Shown here in pieces: positions 8,991-18,009 of a stretch of 46,063 bases of DNA. The position numbers and the translations under genes were made by a program. Under the pieces are notes generated by a model that worked only from the letters and a program-made list of their open reading frames with translations, had not been told where the DNA came from and did not search any database. Source of the DNA: Synechococcus sp. (GTDB taxonomy: Bacteria; Cyanobacteriota; Cyanobacteriia; Thermostichales; PCC-7336); assembly GCA_051439605.1 (NCBI GenBank), contig JBFRWN010000126.1, positions 1-46,063 of the forward strand, written 5' to 3'. Every line of letters begins with the position of its first letter. Positions within the stretch are counted from its first letter, which is position 1.

Positions 8991-10856
8991 CTATCCATAT
9001 GTGTTGGCTGCGATCGTGGCCCGTTCGATTCGGTTGAGGATGCGCGTGGCCAACTGAGCTGGAGCCACAGGTTTGCAAACTAAATCATCTGCTCCTACTT
9101 GAAAGACTTGAGTTTGTAACTCGCTATCGTTGTTGGCTGATACCACCACGACAGGCAATTGCCGCCACCGCAGATCGCTGCGCAATACCTGGCAAAGCTG
9201 CAGGCCGTCCACCTTGGGCATTTCGGCCTCTAACACCAGAAGATCGGGCTTAAAGTCTTCTAACTTGCTCCAAAAGATGTCTGGATCGTCTACGGTCAGC
9301 AAGTTGAATCCCCATTTGGCCAAATTGAGCTGCAAGGCGTTTAAAAATTGCCGATCGCCATCAACAACCATCACCTTGGCCCCCAACCCGGGCGGCTGAA
9401 TGGACGAAGAGAGGGCTTGCAATACCCTGTGGGGGGTGGTGGGAAATGGCAAGACAAGGGTTCCTCCCCGGCGGGCAATCTCTAATCGTTCTTCAAAACT
9501 CCCCCCCTCCATCAACACCACGATCGGAATTCCGGGAGCCATCGCATTCAGCTCGGTTAACAGCTCGAATTGCTCGGCATGCAGGGTGTCAGATGCCCCT
9601 GCTTGGCAGCAGTTGCACAACAGGTGAACGACAGCCACTTGAGGATTTTCAAGGGTAATGGCCTTTTGCACTTGGGCGTACGTGGAGGCAATAGCGGTGC
9701 GCATCCCCAGTGCAATCGCCTGCTTGGAGAGCTGTTGAGAGAATGTGGGGTTACCATCGACGATCAGCAGCAGCAAGCCGTCCTTCAGGGAGCGCTCGAT
9801 CGGTTGTTTCAAAACCGGTGGCGAGAGTTTGAGTTCCCGATACAAACGCTCCAAAAGGGGCGAGAGGCGACTGCTCTGTGGAGGGGTGTCTTCATCCCCT
9901 AAAACTTCCTCTATATCGCGAGCCAGATTGGAGCCTTCGTGAAATCCAAAACTATCTAACGAGCCCACGAGTTTATGGGCTTCGATTTTGGCTTTGCTCA
10001 ACAAGTGGCGATCGCTATTGCCTCGTTCAAGAGTCTGAGCCAATTGCTCTAACACCTCCAATCGGTGTTCGATCACTTCTTTAAACTCTTCCCATAGGTT
10101 GGCCAAACAGCGATCGGAGATGGGGGGATGGTGGGAATTGCCAAATTGGGCCGGGAGTTGAGCGATCGGGTCCTCCTGTTTCGGCAGGGGTTTGAGTCGA
10201 TAGCCGATGCCGTAGACGGTTTCTATCAGGTCTTTGGGTGCACCCGCTGCAGAGAGTTTTTGTCGCAGCCCTTTAATATGGGTGCGGACGGCATATTCGC
10301 TGGGCGGTTCTTCAAATGCCCACAAGCTTTCAATAATTTTGTTGAGACTAAACACGAGTTCGCTGTGACGGAGAAATTGTTCCAATAGTGCGAATTCTTT
10401 TGGAGTCAAATGCAAGGCTTGATTGGCATAAGATGCTTCAAAAGTATTAGGATCGAGCTGAAGTTCTCCCCAGGTAAACACGGGGGGTAAGGCCTGTCTT
10501 TCTCGTCTCAGTAGCGCATGAATTCTTGCTAGTAATTCTTCAAAGTCAAAGGGCTTAACAACATAGTCATCTGCCCCAGCATTCAGTCCAGCGATGCGAT
10601 CGGTGCTGTTGTCTTTTGCAGACAGCATTAATACTGGAATGCAATGACCTGCCGAGCGAATCTGCTTGCATAGGGTGACACCATCTATGGCGGGTAGTTT
10701 GCTGTCTAAAAGTAGAAGGTCGTAGTCAAATGCAAATAGAAAATCTTTGCAGGACTCACTATCAGTGACCACATCTACTGCATATCTGCGATCGATCAGA
10801 CCGTCGGCTAGTTGTTCTCTGAACTCCCTATCGTCATCAACGAGTAACAGCCTCAT
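8991..10856 (-). CDS. Multidomain response regulator (REC-OmpR wHTH-Hpt-REC-REC; RcaC-like architecture)
   Basis: MRLLLVDDD...LLLLD, GADDYVVKPF, LTPKEF...IETVYGIGY, Hpt AHKLVGSLDSFG, and two C-terminal receiver folds. ATG at 10856. Confidence 0.92.
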   Translation of the reverse strand: MRLLLVDDDREFREQLADGLIDRRYAVDVVTDSESCKDFLFAFDYDLLLLDSKLPAIDGVTLCKQIRSAGHCIPVLMLSAKDNSTDRIAGLNAGADDYVVKPFDFEELLARIHALLRRERQALPPVFTWGELQLDPNTFEASYANQALHLTPKEFALLEQFLRHSELVFSLNKIIESLWAFEEPPSEYAVRTHIKGLRQKLSAAGAPKDLIETVYGIGYRLKPLPKQEDPIAQLPAQFGNSHHPPISDRCLANLWEEFKEVIEHRLEVLEQLAQTLERGNSDRHLLSKAKIEAHKLVGSLDSFGFHEGSNLARDIEEVLGDEDTPPQSSRLSPLLERLYRELKLSPPVLKQPIERSLKDGLLLLIVDGNPTFSQQLSKQAIALGMRTAIASTYAQVQKAITLENPQVAVVHLLCNCCQAGASDTLHAEQFELLTELNAMAPGIPIVVLMEGGSFEERLEIARRGGTLVLPFPTTPHRVLQALSSSIQPPGLGAKVMVVDGDRQFLNALQLNLAKWGFNLLTVDDPDIFWSKLEDFKPDLLVLEAEMPKVDGLQLCQVLRSDLRWRQLPVVVVSANNDSELQTQVFQVGADDLVCKPVAPAQLATRILNRIERATIAANTYG

Positions 10857-11306
10857 ATATACCTCATGTGCCACATCCACTGACTATAGAACTGGTGAAT
10901 TATTGTCTCGTACCAGTCAAAGTTTGAGATAAATCTATATATTCAAACTATCGTCTTGAAGGAGCAGTCATAAGATTTTGTCATATTGCTCAATTTAATC
11001 GTAAACAATACTTAAGCAAATTCGATCGAAAAGAAGTTGCGAAAATGCTCTCTTTCTCGCTACGTCGGTACGGGGTATTGATTGGGCATGCAGAGATGCT
11101 AGTGAGAGGCTAGGCTTGCGTCTCAAGATGACTGGATCGACCTTCCCACCCATTGCGAAAGATTATGCCAAAATGGCTTTTCAACCCGCTTCGTCCTGTC
11201 AACCTACTTTTTGCTGTCGATTCTTTAACCAGCTCAGCTTGCGATCAATCGCAGCTCCCCCACCTCCCGTTCAGAAGATGAGGGAACTGAAATTGCCACA
11301 GAACCA

Positions 11307-13820
11307 CTAGTGCTGTTGTTCTAGCTCTTGCTCCACTTCAGCAATCTGCAAGCGGGTTTTCAACACCGTATCTGCGTTCAAGCTAATCGAGTCAATGCCC
11401 TGTTCCACTAAGAAGCGGGCGAACTCGGGATAGTCGCTTGGGGCTTGGCCGCAGATGCCGATCTTGCGTCCGTTGGCTTTGACGGTGGCAATGGCTTGCG
11501 CCACCATGCGCTTGACGGCTTCGTTGCGCTCGTCAAATAAATGAGCCACCAATCCAGAATCACGATCGAGCCCGAGGGTTAGTTGGGTCAGGTCGTTGGA
11601 TCCAATGGAGAATCCATCAAACACCTGGCTGAACTGGTCTGCCAGAATGACGTTGGCAGGAATTTCGCACATAACGAATACCTGCAGTTCCTTTTCCCCC
11701 CGTTTGAGTCCGTGGTGCTCCAGCTTCATTAGCACCCGCTGTCCCTCTTCTGGAGTGCGGCAGAACGGGATCATGGGGATTACGTTGGTTAGCCCCATAT
11801 CGTTACGGACGCGGGCGATCGCTTCGCATTCCAGTCCAAACGCTTCCCGGAAGCTGGGATCGTAGTAACGGGAGGCCCCTCGCCAGCCGATCATAGGGTT
11901 TTCTTCGCTCGGTTCAAACGCCGTGCCCCCTAGCAAGTTGGCATACTCGTTGCTCTTGAAGTCCGACATACGCACCACCACCGGCTTGGGGTAGAAGGCG
12001 GCTGCGATGGTGCCCACTCCACGAGCCAGTTTGTCAATGAAGAACTCCGACTTACTGTCGTAATGGCGAGTCAGGTGCTCGATCGCTTGTTTGTCCAGCG
12101 GATCGGACAACTCGTCAAAGTGGAGCAGTGCCAGTGGGTGGACGCCGATGTGGTTGGCAATGATGAACTCCAAGCGGGCTAACCCAACTCCATCACAGGG
12201 GATGGATGCCAAACTAAAGGCTTTTTCTGGGTTGCCCACATTCATCAGGATTTGGGTGCGGGTGAGGGGCAGATCGTCCAGTTGGGTTTCCACTATCTCA
12301 AATGGCAGCAGTCCTGCGTAGATGCGTCCCACGTCCCCGTCCGCGCAGCAAACAGTGATGTCTGTGCCCTGCTGAATGCGCTCGGTGGCATCCCCGCATC
12401 CGACGATCGCCGGAATGCCCATTTCGCGGGCAATGATGGCGGCGTGGCAGGTGCGTCCACCCTGATTGGTGACAATGGCACTGGCCTGCTTCATGATCGG
12501 TTCCCAGTCAGGGTCGGTACGATTGGTGACCAGAACTTCCCCCGGACGAAATGCCTCGATATGATTCACGTCCAAAATTACTCGTGCTTTACCCTGTCCG
12601 ATGGCTTCCCCCACAGCCCGACCTTCCGCCAGGACTTTAGTGGTTTCATTCAGCTTGTAGCTGCGCAGCAGATTGGCAGATTTTTGGGATTGCACTGTTT
12701 CCGGACGGGCTTGGAGGATGAATAACTCTCCGGATTTGCCGTCTTTGGCCCATTCAATATCCATCGGCGTAAAACAGCCTCGTTTTGCAGAGTAATGGGC
12801 TTCGATCTCGCAGGCCCAGCGACCCAGAGTCAGAATTTCGTCGTCATTCAGCACAAACCGATCTCGAGCCTCATCGGAGACCGGAACGTTCTTTGTTTGT
12901 TTACTACCCCCTTGGGCGTAGATCATCTTGAGGTCTTTACTGCCCAGCCGCTTTTCTAAGATGGGACGGTAGCCCTCCTTCAGGGTGGGTTTAAACACAT
13001 AATATTCGTCTGGGTTGACGGTCCCTTGCACGACATTTTCTCCCAAGCCGTAGGCACCGTTGATTAAAACGGCGTTTTTAAAGCCGGTTTCGGTGTCGAT
13101 GGAGAACATCACGCCAGAGGAGGCCAAGTCAGAGCGAACCATTTTTTGGACGCCTACGGACAGCGCGGCCTCGATGTGGTCGAAGCCGTTAATGGTGCGG
13201 TAGGAAATGGCACGGTCTGTAAACAGAGAGGCAAAGCAGCGGTGACAGGCTTCCAGGACGGCACGCACCCCCCGTACGTTGAGGTAGGTTTCCTGCTGTC
13301 CGGCAAAGCTAGCGTCGGGCAGATCCTCAGCTGTCGCGCTAGAGCGCACCGCAACGTCGGTTTCGTAGTTGTAGCGGCGGCAGGCCTCCCGTTCATCCCC
13401 TTCTAGGTGATCGCACAGCGGAGCCGTTTCCCCATAGCGTTCGCACAGCTGTAAATATGCATTGGAGATTTCTAGGGCCAGTTTGTCTGGGAAGGGGGCA
13501 TGCAGGATAAGATTGCGGGCTTTTCGACCACAGCGCTGCAGGCTACTGATGTCGTTAACATCCAAATTTGCCAGTATCTCTCGCAGTTTGGGTTGAATTC
13601 CGGTCTCCTCAAAGAAATAACGATAGGCGTGGGCGGTGGTGGCAAAGCCAGTGGGAATGCCGATTCCTTTGGGGGTTAACTGCTGAATCATTTCCCCCAA
13701 CGAGGCATTTTTCCCTCCGACTAACGGGACATCGTCGATACCCACATCCTCAAACCACAACACAAAAGCAGTCTCGCGACTGTGTAGGGTGTCTTCCGGT
13801 ATCCGAGTTGAATGGACCAC
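11307..13820 (-). CDS. ppsA: Phosphoenolpyruvate synthase (pyruvate, water dikinase)
   Basis: VGGKNASLGEM, AVRSSATAEDLPDASFAGQQET, GGRTCHAAIIARE phospho-His and FSIGSNDLTQ motifs. GTG start with GGAGG RBS. Confidence 0.97.
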   Translation of the reverse strand: MVHSTRIPEDTLHSRETAFVLWFEDVGIDDVPLVGGKNASLGEMIQQLTPKGIGIPTGFATTAHAYRYFFEETGIQPKLREILANLDVNDISSLQRCGRKARNLILHAPFPDKLALEISNAYLQLCERYGETAPLCDHLEGDEREACRRYNYETDVAVRSSATAEDLPDASFAGQQETYLNVRGVRAVLEACHRCFASLFTDRAISYRTINGFDHIEAALSVGVQKMVRSDLASSGVMFSIDTETGFKNAVLINGAYGLGENVVQGTVNPDEYYVFKPTLKEGYRPILEKRLGSKDLKMIYAQGGSKQTKNVPVSDEARDRFVLNDDEILTLGRWACEIEAHYSAKRGCFTPMDIEWAKDGKSGELFILQARPETVQSQKSANLLRSYKLNETTKVLAEGRAVGEAIGQGKARVILDVNHIEAFRPGEVLVTNRTDPDWEPIMKQASAIVTNQGGRTCHAAIIAREMGIPAIVGCGDATERIQQGTDITVCCADGDVGRIYAGLLPFEIVETQLDDLPLTRTQILMNVGNPEKAFSLASIPCDGVGLARLEFIIANHIGVHPLALLHFDELSDPLDKQAIEHLTRHYDSKSEFFIDKLARGVGTIAAAFYPKPVVVRMSDFKSNEYANLLGGTAFEPSEENPMIGWRGASRYYDPSFREAFGLECEAIARVRNDMGLTNVIPMIPFCRTPEEGQRVLMKLEHHGLKRGEKELQVFVMCEIPANVILADQFSQVFDGFSIGSNDLTQLTLGLDRDSGLVAHLFDERNEAVKRMVAQAIATVKANGRKIGICGQAPSDYPEFARFLVEQGIDSISLNADTVLKTRLQIAEVEQELEQQH

Positions 13821-15084
13821 GATCTCACCTCCAAAGGAACAAAACTGAAACTGCTTAACAGATAGGCTTTGGCCGTGTTGCGGTTAAATCTCTTTGCCGA
13901 TGGCAACCATTACCGTAAGTGGAGCAGAAAAAGACCCTGTTGAAATCGCTTTTCTGGCATCCGCCGCAAATTCACGATGCAACTCCATCAAACAACAAGG
14001 GGAAAGATAGCTGCCAACCCAATGAGTAAGATAACCTACTTCCCCTTATCATGGTAGATTTCTTACTCGGATATAATCACTGGGATTTACTAAATGAAAT
14101 AAACAAGGGGATTGTTGTTTATTGAGGAATTATAAAGGAAAGTCTGAGAAATTTTTTCTTGAAAAAATCTCGTGTAAAGATAGGTTTTCTCGTCTATATT
14201 GATGTTTCTCTGAGTAGTCATATTCGGCCGAATTAAATATCATGAGTGAATTTGCTCGGTGCTCGAACTCCGGGAAGATTCCTTCCTCCCTCCTTGATGT
14301 GAAGATGCGATCCTTGAGTAGCAGCACTTTGTGTTGGGCTCGATACAGAATTTTGCCCTTAACCGTCAAGTTCGCTAGATCCTCCTGTGCCATTCTGATA
14401 AAAATCTGCAAGCAGGCATAGTTGCCACCAAGCTACTCTGGGGATTTCATCAGCCAACCCCCTACTTGGGTTAGATTTTGCGGTCGTAGGTGATACTGCC
14501 ATAGAGCGCTTCCGGTCTCGTTAGCTAAACTACTTCGCTTATAGAGTAGTGATCGGGGCTTATCTCTCTCTAAGCATCCAACCGCGATCGCTCGTGCAAG
14601 CTTGAGTCGCCGCAGCTCCATTTTGTCTGCGGTAAAGCGGGTTATGTTACCTCCTGAAGTTAGCAGCGCTGTCGTTAGAAGTTAGAAGATATGTTTCATA
14701 GAGTTGAACATTTCGCTGGAGGGTGTAAATTGTAGTTGAAGCTATTAAAGCTTTAAGTGAGTTCAATACCGGAGTGTAGTTAAATTCTGTCAGACTTACT
14801 AGTTGACTCAATTCCTAACAGCAACACTGAAAGAGTTGATCGGTACTTCCTCCAATAGTCTAAGAGAGCTATATTGCTGCATCGTTATTAGTGCAATATC
14901 TCTAGTTAAAACTAAACTAATTGAGGAAAGAGTATTCGGTTGCCAATAGTAAGTGTTGTTGTTTTGCGTATGCAGAGTTACGAATGGAAAATTTTTTAGT
15001 AATCCTGTTTGTTTGCTACTCTTAGGTCTTTTTTTATCGACTTGGACAATAGGTCTGGGTCCAACCATCATTAATAGATACACA

Positions 15085-15119
15085 TAAAAGTCCTAGCAGC
15101 TTGGTGGCCGTTAGGACTA
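15085..15119 (-). terminator. Probable intrinsic terminator downstream of ictB
   Basis: On the minus strand, AGTCCTAAC...GCTAGGACT stem (one mismatch) followed by TTT. Confidence 0.5.
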
Positions 15120-15218
15120 TTGGTTTTATAGGAGTAGGTTGAGCGCTCCGAAGCAGCTGAACTATTGCTCAAAACTTGAAGGTGTAATTCATCCGTTCGG
15201 ATTTTTCCCCACAATCAG

Positions 15219-16610
15219 TCAGTCAGATTGTGTAAGGACTTCGGACCTCGAACTAGGAGGCACCACTAATTGAGTGGAAATCAGGGCAACGCTAAACCAC
15301 CACAGCATCTGCACTTGGGGACGATACCAAACGGTATCCACCAATCCTTGAACCATCAACCCCGCACATGCAGCCAATCCCGCCGCAATCCACAGTGCCT
15401 GAGGGGCTCTGGAGGGCAGTAACTGCACCCAGCGACGCAATCCATGCGAGGCTGTAATCACCACAAACCAAAGATACGCTGTGGCCCCAAGCAGTCCTGT
15501 TTCCAGCGTTAATTCCAACGGGACGGAATAGGCCCCCAACGCACTGTAATTGGGCTGTTGGTAAAGGGGATAGACTCGATTGAAGGCATCGTTCCCTGGG
15601 CCAATCCCCAGCACGGGAAAGTCGCGGATGATATCCAGCACTGCCAGCCAAACATTGATGCGAAAATTGTTGCTGCTGTCCCCTCGACCTGCAAACATGC
15701 TCAGCACCCGAATGCGGATTGGGTCTACAAACAGCACCGCCGCAATAACGGCGATCGCTCCCATGCCCAACACTGCTGGAAGAGCCCACTTTTGTAATCG
15801 CTGGGGCAAAAAGTATTGGTTCCATTGCACCATCAGCAGCCCCAACACCACCAGTGCTGCTAGTAAGCCAATCCATCCCCCCCGGCTGAGGGTGTTGACC
15901 AGACATAAGGCATTGAGACCGGTGGTAATGACGGCAAACAGCTTGCTGCCCCAGCCCCGCCAAGCCCAGGCAGCGATCGCCCCAAGTGGCACAATCGGAA
16001 TTAAATACCCCGCTAGTAAATTGGGATTTCTCAGATAACTGTAGACGCGGGTGGCTTCGGCCAGCGGAGAATCAGGGTCAGTCCAAGTCGCCAACTCCTC
16101 AGCACCGTAAAAGGCCTGCCGCATACCGTAAATTGATATCCACAATCCCGTGAGTAATAGAGCTGCTATCAACCAGTTTCGATAACGGGGATTGAGCATG
16201 ACGCGGTGCAACAGTAGAAAGCCCAACAAGTAAAGGGTGAGCTTAACCCACCCTTCAATGGCGATAATGCCGACGGGGGATAGAGCGGTGGCGAGGGTAG
16301 CGATGCTCCAAAACACCCCTAGGGGAAGGTGCAAGGGGGAAGGCACTGGAGGTAAGAACATCCACTGCAGACACACCATTGCCGCCATCAACAGCAGAAT
16401 GAGCCCCAAAGGGCCGGTGGCCGCCTGTGAAGACAAGAATATGTACAATGCCGCAATTCCCACACTGGCGGGTATCAGGCCCTTAGCTACCCAACTCGCT
16501 TCACCCCATTGCCGCAGGAACCCCGATAGCCGTCCAATGCGACTGGCCTGCCACCATTGCAACGCTGGATAGTGCCACAGAATCAATGGGTTCAAGAATG
16601 ACATTCTCAA
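15219..16610 (-). CDS. ictB: IctB family putative bicarbonate transporter / O-antigen ligase-like protein
   Basis: LATWTDP, RVYSYLRNPNLLAGYL, RGDSSNNFRINVW, GIGPGNDAFNRVYPLYQ and DTVWYRPQV motifs. Confidence 0.93.
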   Translation of the reverse strand: MRMSFLNPLILWHYPALQWWQASRIGRLSGFLRQWGEASWVAKGLIPASVGIAALYIFLSSQAATGPLGLILLLMAAMVCLQWMFLPPVPSPLHLPLGVFWSIATLATALSPVGIIAIEGWVKLTLYLLGFLLLHRVMLNPRYRNWLIAALLLTGLWISIYGMRQAFYGAEELATWTDPDSPLAEATRVYSYLRNPNLLAGYLIPIVPLGAIAAWAWRGWGSKLFAVITTGLNALCLVNTLSRGGWIGLLAALVVLGLLMVQWNQYFLPQRLQKWALPAVLGMGAIAVIAAVLFVDPIRIRVLSMFAGRGDSSNNFRINVWLAVLDIIRDFPVLGIGPGNDAFNRVYPLYQQPNYSALGAYSVPLELTLETGLLGATAYLWFVVITASHGLRRWVQLLPSRAPQALWIAAGLAACAGLMVQGLVDTVWYRPQVQMLWWFSVALISTQLVVPPSSRSEVLTQSD

Positions 16611-16728
16611 TCCTCAACTCACCCAACAAAGCCTAGCTCTTCTAGACAGCTGTCTCCAGAAATATTGTTGTTCTGTGCAGGATTCCGATCGAACTGCTGT
16701 GATGAAAGAACGAACAAAGTTGAAACAC

Positions 16729-17985
16729 TTAGCCTACTAGTTCTTCATTGAGAGAGTGGGGATCGAGGCCGTAGCCGGTGGCAAACTTCAAGGATTGGGA
16801 CAAGGTGGGGGCAGAACAGGTCAGAAAAATTGAGGCCCCCAGCACCACCATGAGTGCCGCAAGCCAAAACATTAACGGATAGCCCACCCTAACTGCAACC
16901 GAGGCGAACACGAACCCCGCACTGGCGATCCCTACATCAAATCCGGTTAGGCAGAGCCCGAACAGGCGAGCCCGCTCGTTAGGGGTAGAGCGATCGGCCA
17001 GCATCGCTGACACGGTCGGGATCAAGATGCCAAATCCAGCCCCCTGACAGGCCCCAGCAATGAGGATGGCGATCGCCGAACCTGCATTAGCCAAAACCAC
17101 AAGTCCGGTTGCCATCCAAAACAGTGCCAAGGAAATAAACGGTCCCCGGCCCCAGCGATCGCTGGCTCGTCCGACGACCATCCGCATGACAAACGTGACG
17201 GCAGAAGAGGCCAGGTAAAACAGCCCCGGATTGATGCCAAAATCCCCATCCCGAACAAATAGTGGCATGAACGTAGTTAAGCAGCCGAATGCCAACCCCA
17301 CAAACAACATCATCGCAGATGGGGCAATCAAACGCGGCTGTGCCAGCAAGCTCCAAAAGCGGCGATCCTGTTGGCTGGCTAGTGACTTAAACGCGGATTT
17401 TGGCTCTGGCACCCGACTGGCCAGGATATATCCCGCGATCGCTAAGCTGGATGACAGAAAAAATAGCGAGCTGTACCCTCCCCATTCGAGAACGTAGCCA
17501 CCAAGGGCTGGACCCACCATGAGTCCAATCGGGTTGACTAGGCTCATATATCCAATAGCGGTGCCTCGCAATGAGGCTGGGGCAATGTCCGTGACCATGG
17601 CGATGTAGGCTGTCGCAAAGGCTGCGATGCTGATGCCATGTCCAGCTCGAATGGCAATAATTGCTGGAATTGAGCTCGCTAAGAGATAGCCAATGGGGGC
17701 GATTGCAGCAGCCATCAGGCCAATTTGCAGGACTAGCTTGCGCCCCCGTCGGTCTGCCAGCGGCCCCAACCACGATCTCGACACCACTAGCCCAATGGCA
17801 AATGCCCCCATAGCAATGCCCACCTGCCAATCGTTGCCCCCCACATCAGAGATATACAAAGGCAGCGTCGGAAGCAGGGAGGTCATACTGGCCCAAAATA
17901 GGAGGCCCGCCACGAACATCCGCCCCAAAACGTGCTTGTGCTCAGTGGTGAGCTGGAATTGTTGTCTGGAGAGTTTTGCTGCCAC
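16729..17985 (-). CDS. MFS transporter
   Basis: MFS motif A (GPLADRRGRK; GRASDRWGR); about 12 TM helices. Confidence 0.92.
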   Translation of the reverse strand: MAAKLSRQQFQLTTEHKHVLGRMFVAGLLFWASMTSLLPTLPLYISDVGGNDWQVGIAMGAFAIGLVVSRSWLGPLADRRGRKLVLQIGLMAAAIAPIGYLLASSIPAIIAIRAGHGISIAAFATAYIAMVTDIAPASLRGTAIGYMSLVNPIGLMVGPALGGYVLEWGGYSSLFFLSSSLAIAGYILASRVPEPKSAFKSLASQQDRRFWSLLAQPRLIAPSAMMLFVGLAFGCLTTFMPLFVRDGDFGINPGLFYLASSAVTFVMRMVVGRASDRWGRGPFISLALFWMATGLVVLANAGSAIAILIAGACQGAGFGILIPTVSAMLADRSTPNERARLFGLCLTGFDVGIASAGFVFASVAVRVGYPLMFWLAALMVVLGASIFLTCSAPTLSQSLKFATGYGLDPHSLNEELVG

Positions 17986-18009
17986 GATGCGGCCTGAGGC
18001 TGGTTGGGA

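Noticed and set aside
10921..10985. Imperfect palindrome AGTTTGA...TCAAACT and GTCATA direct repeat upstream of the response regulator
   Set aside because: The repeat spacing is 13 bp rather than the 10-11 bp of OmpR boxes, and both motifs are short enough to arise by chance in AT-rich DNA.
14953..15087. 44-codon hydrophobic + strand ORF followed by a hairpin (type I toxin-like)
   Set aside because: It has a GTG start with no clear RBS, and the hairpin is better explained as the minus-strand ictB terminator.
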